Positions 37,978 through 47,072 of a stretch of DNA of 62,622 bases are shown here, one piece after another (positions within the stretch are counted from its first letter, which is position 1; the number at the start of each line of letters is the position of its first letter). Source of the stretch: Anaerolineales bacterium (lineage in GTDB: Bacteria > Chloroflexota > Anaerolineae > Anaerolineales > E44-bin32); the NCBI GenBank assembly GCA_041554155.1, contig JBFFMI010000001.1, forward strand, positions 1 to 62,622, read 5' to 3'. A program made the translations under genes and the position numbers. Below the pieces are notes generated by a model, which saw nothing but the letters and a program-made list of their open reading frames with translations, made no database searches and was not told the DNA's origin.

Positions 37978-38385
37978 GTGGAAAATAAAATCGCCTACCA
38001 GGTTCGAATCCAGGCTTCCTTCGACGAAGCTATTGAAACCGTCACTGCTGCTTTGAAGGAAGAGGGCTTCGGCGTGCTTACACAAATCGACGTTCAAAGC
38101 ACGCTTAAAGAAAAACTTGGGGAGACCTTCAGGCCTTATATGATCCTGGGCGCCTGCAATCCACCTCTCGCCCACCGTGCACTCTCAAGCGACCCACTGG
38201 TTGGGGTCATGTTGCCCTGCAATGTAACCATTGAAGAGACGAACGGGGAGATCCTCGTTTCGCTAGCAAATCCGGAAGGGCTGCTTACAGCAGGTTCAAT
38301 GGGAGAAAATCCCGCCATGCAAGACATCGCACGCGAGGCCAATGAGCGCATTGAGCGTGTCGCTTCTCATTTGAGCAGAACATAA
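37978..38385 (+). CDS. DUF302 domain protein
   Basis: GFGVLTQIDVQSTLKEKLGETFRPYMILGACNPPLAHRAL. GTG start with GAAGGAG SD. Confidence 0.7.
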   Translation: MENKIAYQVRIQASFDEAIETVTAALKEEGFGVLTQIDVQSTLKEKLGETFRPYMILGACNPPLAHRALSSDPLVGVMLPCNVTIEETNGEILVSLANPEGLLTAGSMGENPAMQDIAREANERIERVASHLSRT

Positions 38386-38431
38386 GGTTTCTTATCAAGG
38401 CGCCTGCTGCACAGATTGGCAAATTGGCTAT

Positions 38432-39766
38432 CTACTGCGGAGTTCGCTTCTTCTCAATCCGTGCAATGCGGTGTTTGATCTCTTCCCAGAACTGATCCCG
38501 TCGCCAACCTTTCGGCCAATGACTCAAACACACCAATGCTGATTGAGCCCATACCAGAGCTTCGTTAAAGTCTTTGGCATGCCATTCATAATACTTCGCC
38601 AACTCGACACACGGCCGGGGGTCATCCGGTGCTAGCTCGTGCCATTGTCTCCAATATTCAATAGCTTTGTCGCGTTGATCCGTACGCTTTAAGTGCGCAG
38701 TCCAATAACGCAGGGCATCAACCTTCACAGCATCATCACCAGCCTCGATGGCTGAGAGAAATGCGTCGCTGGCCAAGTCCTCTCTACCGTCGCTCTCATG
38801 CCAGCGTGCCACACCCAGGGCCTCCGCGCCAGATAGAGCCAGATCGGAATCACTTTCGAAGCGACTCAAGATCTCCACGGAGAGCCCGACCAGGCTGAGA
38901 ATATCGACCATGTTGTGATAGATGACCCTCTGGATCTCACTCAGTTCACCCGTGCGCAAGTAATCGAGGTAAATCCCAGGGATCCACTCTCCAGGGACAT
39001 CCTCCCCGCTTCGTTCAACGCCGAGGATCCTGTTCTCTAGCGTGCCCAAACTACAATCAGGCAGTACCCGTTTCCAGAGTCGGCGTGCTGGGAATAACAG
39101 ATCGAGATGCGGCCAAGTTGTTATCGGGAGACGGGTCCGCAACCCCATCCTGAAGCGCATTTCCATTAAAGGAAGATCGAACACACGCCCATTGAAGCTG
39201 ATGAAACCAGATGCTGCATCCAGATGTGTTTGCAACTGGTGCAGCATGGCTGCTTCTTCAGCCGGCTCATGCAGGAAGAATTGCCGGAGGATAAATTCAT
39301 TCTCTTCGAATGCCCCCATGCCGATCAGGAACGCGATGGTCCCTGCCCCACCGACCAAGCCTGTCGTTTCTGTGTCGACAAACAGCAGACGTGACAGATC
39401 TAATCCAACCAAACTGGCATCACGCGCGACCTGAGCGGCCAGGCTGGCTTCATATCCAAAATACTCGCCTAATGCTCGATGCCCATGGGTATGATCAACC
39501 GGGAAGCGCTGCTCGATAACGAAGGCTTGGCCATGCGGAGTATTAATGGGCTCTCCCAACCGCTGCGAAGTTCCTGATTTATTCGGGGAAATGGAAGAAT
39601 CTACCCTGTCGGGCTTCTTCACCCCCAGTCGGCTCAACCGCCGGCGAAGCTTTTTGCGATCTTCCAATGATGGCTCACTCATGAGTAGGGTACTTGCCTT
39701 CGGTAAGGGCTGATCAAGCGCCTGTATTAAACGGGTTCGAGACTGCAGAAAAGCTTTGGCTGTCAC
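38432..39766 (-). CDS. RNase H-like (YprB/COG3359-type predicted exonuclease) domain protein with C-terminal TPR-like helices
   Basis: LLFVDTETTGL and ISFNGRVFDLPLMEMRF DEDD-like motifs. Helical repeat tail. GTG start. Confidence 0.6.
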   Translation of the reverse strand: MTAKAFLQSRTRLIQALDQPLPKASTLLMSEPSLEDRKKLRRRLSRLGVKKPDRVDSSISPNKSGTSQRLGEPINTPHGQAFVIEQRFPVDHTHGHRALGEYFGYEASLAAQVARDASLVGLDLSRLLFVDTETTGLVGGAGTIAFLIGMGAFEENEFILRQFFLHEPAEEAAMLHQLQTHLDAASGFISFNGRVFDLPLMEMRFRMGLRTRLPITTWPHLDLLFPARRLWKRVLPDCSLGTLENRILGVERSGEDVPGEWIPGIYLDYLRTGELSEIQRVIYHNMVDILSLVGLSVEILSRFESDSDLALSGAEALGVARWHESDGREDLASDAFLSAIEAGDDAVKVDALRYWTAHLKRTDQRDKAIEYWRQWHELAPDDPRPCVELAKYYEWHAKDFNEALVWAQSALVCLSHWPKGWRRDQFWEEIKHRIARIEKKRTPQ

Positions 39767-39832
39767 AAAAAAGTGATGGCATGGAAGAAAGTCACGCGGC
39801 CCCGATGATCTTCAACAATAGCTCCTCAAATA

Positions 39833-39886
39833 TCAAGCGAGTATTATAACGCTCGGAGACGAGAGACAGGGCACCCCTTTGCTCAT
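39833..39886 (-). CDS. Candidate 17-codon sORF (MSKGVPCLSSPSVIILA) with a strong SD
   Basis: GGAGGAG lies 6 nt upstream of the ATG, inside a structured intergenic region. No other support. Confidence 0.2.
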   Translation of the reverse strand: MSKGVPCLSSPSVIILA

Positions 39887-39909
39887 CACTGTCTCCTCCT
39901 TTGGCGAAG

Positions 39910-39955
39910 GCCTCCGTCGGGTTACCCCTCACCGCCCCGGCGGAGGCGCTTTTTC
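39910..39955. terminator. GC-rich hairpin with flanking T5/A5 runs
   Basis: GCCTCCG..CGGAGGC stem (39910-39947), followed by GCTTTTTC on the plus strand. Confidence 0.45.
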
Positions 39956-39963
39956 TATAACCA

Positions 39964-39994
39964 GAGAAGCGCTGCTTGCCTCGCAGCGCTTCTC
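39964..39994 (-). terminator. Terminator-like hairpin downstream of the histidine kinase gene
   Basis: Perfect 12-bp stem GAGAAGCGCTGC/GCAGCGCTTCTC with a 7-nt loop. The U-tract is weak. Confidence 0.5.
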
Positions 39995-40017
39995 CTATTT
40001 CCCGAGCCGACCCCCTT

Positions 40018-41934
40018 TTAGACGGGTAACGCTGGCAGCACCACGGTGAAGGTTGCACCCTGTCCCAGTTCGGATTCAACCCAGATCCTGCCCCCGTGTT
40101 GATCTACGATCGATTTAACAATCGATAAACCGAGACCCGTCCCGGGAGCATCGTCCGGGGTGTTGCTTGCACGGAAGAATTTATCAAACAGGAAGGGCTG
40201 ATCTTGCGGCGGGATCCCCGGTCCGGTATCTACCACACGCACAATGACCTGATCATCCTCCGCTTCAGCTTCAACCGAAATGACACCCGAAGTGGGCGTG
40301 TATTTCATCGCATTCTGCAGCAAATTGTCAACCAGCTGTCTTAGACGGATCGGGTCACCATAGACGAAGGGAAGACCGTCTTGAATGCTGGTTTCCAGCT
40401 TCAGACCCTTAGCTTCCATCCTGTTGCGGATATTATCCAGCGCATAATGGATGAGAACAGCCATAGGCGTGCGCTCTTTACTTGTATCGAGCCCCGATTC
40501 GATCCTACCAAGATCCAGCAGATCGCTCACCAGCTCGGCGATCTGTTCAACGCTTAACCGGACACGCCCCACGAAATCTACTTGCTGGGAAGTCAGGGGA
40601 CCGGCACGTTCTATGAGCTCGACATATCCCAGGATTGCTGTCAGGGGTGAGCGCAAATCATGCGAGACGGTGGTAACGAACTCCGACTTAATCCGATCCA
40701 GATCCTTCAAGTGGGTGATATCGTGCATCACGACGGAGTAACCCACGCCGTTGATCGAGCTCTTCTGGACGCTGAAGATTCGACCGTCTTCCACTTCTAC
40801 TTCTTCACGGCGCGCTGGGCCAGCGCCCGAGCGTATCACCTCAAGCAGCCGGGAATGGTCGAAGACTTCGGCTATCGATCGTTCAAAATAATCACCTCTG
40901 ATGTTGAAGGCTTCTCTCGCTGTTTGATTCAACAGCATCACGCGGTGATCGGGGTCCACCACAATTACACCGCTTTGGGTATCTTTGATCACCGTCTCGA
41001 GTTTGCGGCGCTCGCTTTCTGTGCGGTAGTAGAGCTTGGCATTCTCAATTGCAATGGCAGCGTAATCGGCCATTGCCATCATCACAGTTACGTCTTGGTG
41101 GGTTAAAGCCCTGCCGGCTTTGCGATTATCAACCCCAAGTACGCCAATCGTTTTTCCCCGAACCCTTAAGGGGACATAGATCAAAGAATGAACCAGATAG
41201 GCGGTCTTAATTTTCTGTGGCGATCGCTCATCGAGCAGGATCGGTTTTGAAGTCTTGATCACCTGACCAGCAAGTGAATCTCGGACATGCAGCCGGAAAG
41301 CGCTAGCGAAATCGTCATCGAAGTTCCGCGAGGCACGCATATAGAGCTCGCCGCTCTCCTCATCCAGCAAGAGCAAGCTTCCCTCTTCAGCTCCGGTCAA
41401 CTGCACGGCTTCCTCAACCACTGTTCGTAGAACCTCGTCGATATTCAACATCGCCGTCACAGTTCGGCCGATGCGTGCAAGTGTTTCTAGCTCGTGCAGG
41501 CGTCTCTCCAGGTTGGCTTCAAGCGTCTCCGCCCCAGATTTCGTCGGACGAGTTATCGCTTTCAGGGAACGGCCGAGGATCCTTTCCAGGGAATCGAGCA
41601 GGATCTGAGCCTCGAAAGGCTTGACGATAAAATCTGCCGCGCCGGCCTGATTGGCCTCAAGCGCCATCAAATCTGAACTCTCGCTGCTGATCAGGATTAC
41701 GGGTGTGTGGGGGGATTTCTTGCGCAAGCGCTCAATTAATTCGAGACCGGTCAGGTTCGGCATCTGATGGTCGGTTATGACCACATCCGGTTCCAGCTCC
41801 TGCGCCAGCGCAAGCGCCGACATACCATCACCGACCGAACGGACGCGGTATCCCGCCGGGATCAAGACTGTGTCCTCAAGAAAACGACGGATTTCCCGAC
41901 TATCATCTGCGACCAACACAAGCTCGCCCGTCAC
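40018..41934 (-). CDS. Hybrid sensor histidine kinase (REC-GAF-PAS-HisKA-HATPase)
   Basis: The N-terminal receiver has PDVVITDHQMP. H-box VSHDLRSPLTAILGY. G-boxes DTGPGI and GTGLGLSIV. Confidence 0.85.
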   Translation of the reverse strand: MTGELVLVADDSREIRRFLEDTVLIPAGYRVRSVGDGMSALALAQELEPDVVITDHQMPNLTGLELIERLRKKSPHTPVILISSESSDLMALEANQAGAADFIVKPFEAQILLDSLERILGRSLKAITRPTKSGAETLEANLERRLHELETLARIGRTVTAMLNIDEVLRTVVEEAVQLTGAEEGSLLLLDEESGELYMRASRNFDDDFASAFRLHVRDSLAGQVIKTSKPILLDERSPQKIKTAYLVHSLIYVPLRVRGKTIGVLGVDNRKAGRALTHQDVTVMMAMADYAAIAIENAKLYYRTESERRKLETVIKDTQSGVIVVDPDHRVMLLNQTAREAFNIRGDYFERSIAEVFDHSRLLEVIRSGAGPARREEVEVEDGRIFSVQKSSINGVGYSVVMHDITHLKDLDRIKSEFVTTVSHDLRSPLTAILGYVELIERAGPLTSQQVDFVGRVRLSVEQIAELVSDLLDLGRIESGLDTSKERTPMAVLIHYALDNIRNRMEAKGLKLETSIQDGLPFVYGDPIRLRQLVDNLLQNAMKYTPTSGVISVEAEAEDDQVIVRVVDTGPGIPPQDQPFLFDKFFRASNTPDDAPGTGLGLSIVKSIVDQHGGRIWVESELGQGATFTVVLPALPV

Positions 41935-42010
41935 AAAACTACCCCCATGAGATCGATCCGTCTTTTACATTTCTGCATGGAATACTCGAGGCACTCCCCC
42001 CCGCTCTACT

Positions 42011-43177
42011 TCAGGGAGTATCCTTGGCCTCCTGGATATCATCGATCCGTGATAGTACCGATTCAATATCCCGCTGGACCACCGCCAGCTGATCTTGGTT
42101 TTTCTTATTGAGTTTGGAGCCGGCCAGCTCAATAATTTCAGCATAAGCAGCCCGCAAACTACGGTGAACGTCGGACAACCACATTTGGTCGTTCTGTACT
42201 TCAGCAGCGGATTTCTTAATCTCACGTTCAAGCCGCTTGGCACGCTCCTCTAACGCCTGAAATAAGCGTGCATTCACCAACGATATCGAAGCGTAGTCCG
42301 CAACGGCCTCCAGCATCACTTGCTGGCGCTCTGTGAAAGATCGCTCGTGCTCGCGCGCCACACAGATCACACCGATGGGTTGGTCCCTGACCTTGACCGG
42401 TGCAATTAACGCAGTTGAGCAGAAATTGGCCAGTTTGAATTTTGCCAATCCTTCTCCCTGTATAGCCAGTGTCTCTCCCGATAACATCACCAGGGAGCTG
42501 ACCCCATCGTCGAACGGTTGTTGGAGCTTGGGCGCCATCCCATCGGGCAGCTGTCGCTCGGCCCGCAGGATTAACTGATCGGAATCTTCACTGCGAACCA
42601 GAACCCAACCCATATCGGCTTCGGTCACATAAAGGCTTCCATCAATCAGCTTTGAAAAAAGCTGACCTTGATTGGTCGTTGATGTAACTGTTTTGCCAAG
42701 GCCAAAAAGTGTTGTTAGTTCCCGGACTCGACGCTCGAGCTGGCGGTTGCTCTCTGCCAATTGTTCTGCAAGCTGTCGATGTTCCTGTCTCAGGCGGATC
42801 TCCTTGATCACCCGCTCCAGGGCAGATACCACCTCCGCTTCGCGCAGGGGTTTGGTCAGGTAATCATGCGCCCCGAGCCTGAAAGCCTGAATGGCATCGC
42901 TCTCCATCCCTTTCGGCGCTGTAACCAGCATGGGCACATGCGTCCCCTGGGAGCGTAACGCCACCAGGAGGTCTTTCCCGCTCAATCCTGGCAAGGTCAG
43001 GCTGGCGATGATGATGTCCGGCCCAAATTGCAATGCCTGCTGGATAGCCCTTGCACCCTCGCTGGCCGTTGCGATTTTATAGCCCATCGGCTCGAGGATC
43101 TGCTGTCCAAGTAAATGCAGTACATCAGGATCCTCGTCAACGATCAAGATGCGTTCAAGTTTTTCTGCCGCCATCAT
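42011..43177 (-). CDS. Pseudo-receiver (Asp to Ser) - GAF - DHp-like helical protein, no ATPase domain
   Basis: REC fold with IIIASLTLPG at the phospho-acceptor position. GAF domain in the middle. C-terminal WLSDVHRSLRAAYAEII H-box-like helix. Confidence 0.7.
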   Translation of the reverse strand: MMAAEKLERILIVDEDPDVLHLLGQQILEPMGYKIATASEGARAIQQALQFGPDIIIASLTLPGLSGKDLLVALRSQGTHVPMLVTAPKGMESDAIQAFRLGAHDYLTKPLREAEVVSALERVIKEIRLRQEHRQLAEQLAESNRQLERRVRELTTLFGLGKTVTSTTNQGQLFSKLIDGSLYVTEADMGWVLVRSEDSDQLILRAERQLPDGMAPKLQQPFDDGVSSLVMLSGETLAIQGEGLAKFKLANFCSTALIAPVKVRDQPIGVICVAREHERSFTERQQVMLEAVADYASISLVNARLFQALEERAKRLEREIKKSAAEVQNDQMWLSDVHRSLRAAYAEIIELAGSKLNKKNQDQLAVVQRDIESVLSRIDDIQEAKDTP

Positions 43178-43275
43178 GCAGGTATGATAGCATGGAAAAC
43201 TAGCCGCTGAGTATCACCCTCTATGCCCAGGAAGAGCCTGAAGTATAAGATTCGTATTAGATCCGGCTATACTTC

Positions 43276-43305
43276 TTGACTTGCTTTCACACGCCCGCTT
43301 ACAAT
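43276..43305 (+). promoter_or_regulatory. Sigma-70-type promoter for the J-domain gene
   Basis: TTGACT-18 nt-TACAAT. AGGTG SD lies 7 nt before ATG 43324. Confidence 0.55.
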
Positions 43306-43323
43306 CGGATTAGGTGAATTTCA

Positions 43324-44244
43324 ATGGAATACAAGGATTATTATCAGGTCCTGGGAGTCGATCGTAAGGCCAGTGCCGATGAGATAAAACGTAAATATCG
43401 CCAGCTTGCCATGGAACTTCATCCGGACAAAAATCCTGGCGACAAACAAGCAGAGACTCGCTTTAAGGAAATAAACGAAGCCTACGAAGTGCTTGGTGAC
43501 CAAAACAAGCGCGCCAAGTATGATCAGTTGGGCTCATCCTACCGCGCCTGGGAACGAACAGGGGGTCAACCAGGCGGCTTTGATTGGTCTCAATGGGCGT
43601 CTGGTTTTCCAGGAGGGGGTGTGCGGGTCGAAGTCGGAGATCTGGGCGATATGATGGGCGGCTTCTCCGACTTCTTCACCACAATATTCGGGGGTGGGGG
43701 ACCTGCAGGTCAGGGGATGCGTAGCGGTCGTAGCGCACGAGGGCGCGATGTCGAGCATCCCATATCTATCTCGCTTCAAGAAGCCTTCACAGGGACGTCA
43801 CGTACAATCCAGCTGAATGGAAAAAAACTCGAGGTGAAAATCCCGCCAGGTGCGCGCAATGGCACCAAAGTGCGCGTCAGCGGTAAAGGCGGCGAGGGGG
43901 TTCAAAAGGCTGGAGATTTATACCTTGTCGTTCGCGTCGAGAAGGATCCCCGATTTACACGCAAGGGTGACCAGCTGCACACCAAGGCATCGGTTGATCT
44001 CATCACGGCCGTATTGGGTGGTGAGGTGCGCGTTCCCACCCCCACGGGTGATGTGCTGTTGAAAATCCCGGCCGGAAGCCAGCCGGGCCAGACCTTTCGT
44101 CTCAAGGGCAAGGGTATGCCCAATCTTAAATCAAAAAACCGGCATGGGGATCTCTTTGCTGAATTAGATGTTGAGATTCCCAGCAAGCTAAGTAAGCGCG
44201 AACGCGAGCTTTACGAGGAGCTTTATAATCTACGCAAGCCTTAG
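43324..44244 (+). CDS. cbpA: J-domain co-chaperone, CbpA-like (no zinc-finger domain)
   Basis: [17 protein letters not shown] domain, G/F-rich region, two C-terminal beta domains, and no CxxCxGxG repeats. Confidence 0.75.
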   Translation: MEYKDYYQVLGVDRKASADEIKRKYRQLAMELHPDKNPGDKQAETRFKEINEAYEVLGDQNKRAKYDQLGSSYRAWERTGGQPGGFDWSQWASGFPGGGVRVEVGDLGDMMGGFSDFFTTIFGGGGPAGQGMRSGRSARGRDVEHPISISLQEAFTGTSRTIQLNGKKLEVKIPPGARNGTKVRVSGKGGEGVQKAGDLYLVVRVEKDPRFTRKGDQLHTKASVDLITAVLGGEVRVPTPTGDVLLKIPAGSQPGQTFRLKGKGMPNLKSKNRHGDLFAELDVEIPSKLSKRERELYEELYNLRKP

Positions 44245-44275
44245 ACGTGCCATATGGGTACTGTGAGCGGTATAT

Positions 44276-45481
44276 ATGGATAGACGGTTAAGAACCACAC
44301 TTTGGGTGAGCATCATTATTTCCACCAGCCTGGCGTGCAGTTTCAGCGGGTTGATCCCAATCGGCAACCAGCCCACCAGCATTCCAACAACGCCCCTGCC
44401 TGCACAACCGGCCCCTGCGATCACGCTCGTCGCGCCGGTGATAGAAGATCTGGGCCCGATTATCGATGGTGATCTAACCAGTCTTTACGGCAACGTCAGC
44501 CCTGGCGTTGTCACAATATGGGCATATGAGATTGGATCAGTACATGATGGCTCGATCCCAACCGGGCAGGGTTCCGGGTTTGTCATCGACAAGCAAGGTC
44601 ACATCGTGACCAATAGGCATGTGATCGAAGATGCCGAGGACATCGAGGTTGATTTTCCAAGCGGCATAAAGTCGTGGGCCACCTTGCTTGGCACCGATCC
44701 CGATTCAGATTTAGCAGTTCTCAAGGTGGATGTGCCGGAAGAATTTCTTGTACCCGTTCCACTTGGCGATTCTGATCTTGTATCCGTAGGCCAGTTTGTC
44801 GTGGCCATCGGCAACCCATTCGGGCTGTCGGGCACGATGACGGTAGGAATCGTATCGGCGATCGGCCGGACGCTTGATTCGGAGCGTCAGGCGCCTGGGG
44901 GAGGCAGCTTCTCGGCGGGCGACTTGATCCAAACAGACGCCGCCATCAATCCGGGAAATTCTGGCGGCCCATTACTGAACATGAATGGCCAGGTCGTGGG
45001 GATCAATCGTGCTATTCAAACCGAGTCCTTTTCTGTTGAAGGGGGCGCTGTGAATTCTGGTGTGGGTTTCGCCATCCCGGTTAACATTTTGCGCCGGGTA
45101 GCTCCGGGCTTAATTGAAAACGGTAAGTACGACTATCCCTACCTGGGAATCTCCAGCCTCAATGAGAGCTTTTGGAATTTAAAGACACTGGAGGCACTCG
45201 GGCTAAACCCAAATGCCTCTGGCGCCTACATCACCGATGTCGTCCGGAATGGTCCGGCTGATCGAGCTGGTTTGAGGGGAGGCCAAAGCGAGAGTGCCAT
45301 CCCGGGTCTACTGACAGGGGGAGATTTGATTATCGCCATCGATGGCTTCCCGGTGGATCGCTATGATGACCTTATTTCCTACCTGTTCAAAAACATTGAA
45401 GTCGGACAGGTCGTCACGCTTACTGTGCTGCGAGGCAGCGAGCAGATCGATCTCGAGTTGACAACCGGGGCGCGGCCGTGA
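44276..45481 (+). CDS. HtrA/DegP-family S1C serine protease with PDZ domain
   Basis: HVVTNRHV (His), DSDLAVLKV (Asp), GNSGGPLLN (Ser), and a C-terminal PDZ domain. Confidence 0.85.
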   Translation: MDRRLRTTLWVSIIISTSLACSFSGLIPIGNQPTSIPTTPLPAQPAPAITLVAPVIEDLGPIIDGDLTSLYGNVSPGVVTIWAYEIGSVHDGSIPTGQGSGFVIDKQGHIVTNRHVIEDAEDIEVDFPSGIKSWATLLGTDPDSDLAVLKVDVPEEFLVPVPLGDSDLVSVGQFVVAIGNPFGLSGTMTVGIVSAIGRTLDSERQAPGGGSFSAGDLIQTDAAINPGNSGGPLLNMNGQVVGINRAIQTESFSVEGGAVNSGVGFAIPVNILRRVAPGLIENGKYDYPYLGISSLNESFWNLKTLEALGLNPNASGAYITDVVRNGPADRAGLRGGQSESAIPGLLTGGDLIIAIDGFPVDRYDDLISYLFKNIEVGQVVTLTVLRGSEQIDLELTTGARP

Positions 45482-45530
45482 TTCGTCATCCATCTACACA
45501 GTCTGAGGCCAAAGACATTTGAAACAAAAA

Positions 45531-45556
45531 ACTCCCCACAGGCGTCTGTGGGGAGT
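45531..45556. terminator. Bidirectional rho-independent terminator
   Basis: ACTCCCCACAG-GCGT-CTGTGGGGAGT flanked by A6 and TTGT, between convergent genes. Confidence 0.8.
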
Positions 45557-45572
45557 TTGTCATCCAGGACGG

Positions 45573-46214
45573 TTATTCTCCGAATATAACTCGCTCCAGC
45601 GACAGCAGGTTGTTCGCCAGGATCTCTAGATCCCGCCGCGCCGCGAAGCTATCCGTCTCGACCTCCTCCAGCACCAATTGAAGGCGATCATTCATTTCAG
45701 CAACAGCACTGGCGTTTGCCCCTTCCAGAGTGCTTTCCAATGTACTTAATCGATCCCCCGTGCCTGTTAGCGCCGCTCGGGCAGCGATTTCATCTTCCTG
45801 TGTAAGCGCCAGTTGTGCCGTGGTCACATCAACCAAAACGTTTAAAAGATCAAGATGGGCGTTTGCCAGTGAGAGCTGCTCCTCTAACACTTGATTGCGC
45901 GCCAACAGTGGCCGCAATTCCTCGAGTTCTTTACCTTGCACGTCCAATTGTTCCTGGATCGTGGTGAGGTCGGTCTTCATCGTCGCGATTTGCTCTGCCT
46001 GTGGCTGAACCCGCAGTGTCCATGTAAGGATCACGCCAGCTGCCAGGATGATGACCAGGCTTACGGCCCAGATCAAAGCCCGCCGTAAACGTCGTCCTGG
46101 AACGGGTGCTTCTTCAGGGGCTTGCTCCAGCGGCGTGGACTCCAGCGCCGGTTCACTTTCAAGCATAGGTTCATGACTTTCGGGTTGTAGGTCTTGCCCT
46201 TCCTGCTCTTGCAT
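45573..46214 (-). CDS. Single-pass membrane coiled-coil protein (3 of 3)
   Basis: Acidic N-terminus, TM segment (ALIWAVSLVIILAAGVILTW), then a heptad-rich extracytoplasmic helix. The start overlaps the upstream stop by 1 nt (TAATG). Confidence 0.6.
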   Translation of the reverse strand: MQEQEGQDLQPESHEPMLESEPALESTPLEQAPEEAPVPGRRLRRALIWAVSLVIILAAGVILTWTLRVQPQAEQIATMKTDLTTIQEQLDVQGKELEELRPLLARNQVLEEQLSLANAHLDLLNVLVDVTTAQLALTQEDEIAARAALTGTGDRLSTLESTLEGANASAVAEMNDRLQLVLEEVETDSFAARRDLEILANNLLSLERVIFGE

Positions 46215-47056
46215 TATTGGCCTCCCGTTTCCATTTCATCCAATTGTACCGGTTGTAGCGCTTCCACGAACAACTTCCAGATCGCTTCCAGTTCGTCACT
46301 CGCAACGGCCGGTCGGAGTGGAAGATCAGCGATCACCACATCAAGCCGCTCGATAATGGTCGCTACTAACGCTTCGTCGCCAGATGGCTCGATCACCGTT
46401 GAATCAGCATCCGTCAATTCCGCCATGATCACCCGAGCCGCATCTACCTGTTCGGCAGCAAACCCCAGATTATTGCGGTCTAGTTCAAGCTGTGCGCGCG
46501 TAAGCATGCTCATCGCTTTAAGGTATACCGCAGTGCGTTGAACCCGCTGCGCAGGCAGATCGCCGGCGGCGATATCGGCAGCCAGCTGCTCCACTTGTAA
46601 AGCAAGCTCTCCCACAGCCAGCGTCAGGTCATCTTGCTCAGATTCAAGATCTCCCATTGCGTTTAGAATCCGGCCCTGTTGGCGCAGATCCTCTTGCGCA
46701 GCCGCTACCAGCGCTTCAACTGACGCCAGAGCCTCGGCATTGGAAGCCAGGCGCCCTTCAATAGCCGCTTGGCGTTGGTTCAAATCCTCACTCTCTGAGG
46801 CAGAGGCCGAGCCCACCTGTTCCAGGGATCGTTCAAGCTCGCTGATGCGATCTTCATAGCCCTGAATGGGTTCAATTGCTTCCCGGTAGAATTGGATGGC
46901 GCCATAGTAAAGACCAACCCCTAAGGCCAGGCCAATGACGATCGCCACCAACATCCTAAAAAGGATCCTGCCAATCCTGCGTAAAACGCTCGCCTCAGAT
47001 GACTTTGACTCATTCTGCAGATTACCCATTTCTTCAGTCTTTATCTCTTCAGTCAT
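46214..47056 (-). CDS. Single-pass membrane coiled-coil protein (2 of 3)
   Basis: N-terminal TM (MLVAIVIGLALGVGLYYG), then about 200 aa of coiled-coil-like sequence. Confidence 0.6.
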   Translation of the reverse strand: MTEEIKTEEMGNLQNESKSSEASVLRRIGRILFRMLVAIVIGLALGVGLYYGAIQFYREAIEPIQGYEDRISELERSLEQVGSASASESEDLNQRQAAIEGRLASNAEALASVEALVAAAQEDLRQQGRILNAMGDLESEQDDLTLAVGELALQVEQLAADIAAGDLPAQRVQRTAVYLKAMSMLTRAQLELDRNNLGFAAEQVDAARVIMAELTDADSTVIEPSGDEALVATIIERLDVVIADLPLRPAVASDELEAIWKLFVEALQPVQLDEMETGGQ

Positions 47057-47072
47057 GATGGATGACTCCTCG

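Noticed and set aside
39792-40079. A 95-aa minus-strand ORF in the structured spacer.
   Set aside because: It overlaps the 3' end of the kinase gene by 62 nt, has Arg/Gly/Ser-rich composition, and spans two terminator-like hairpins.
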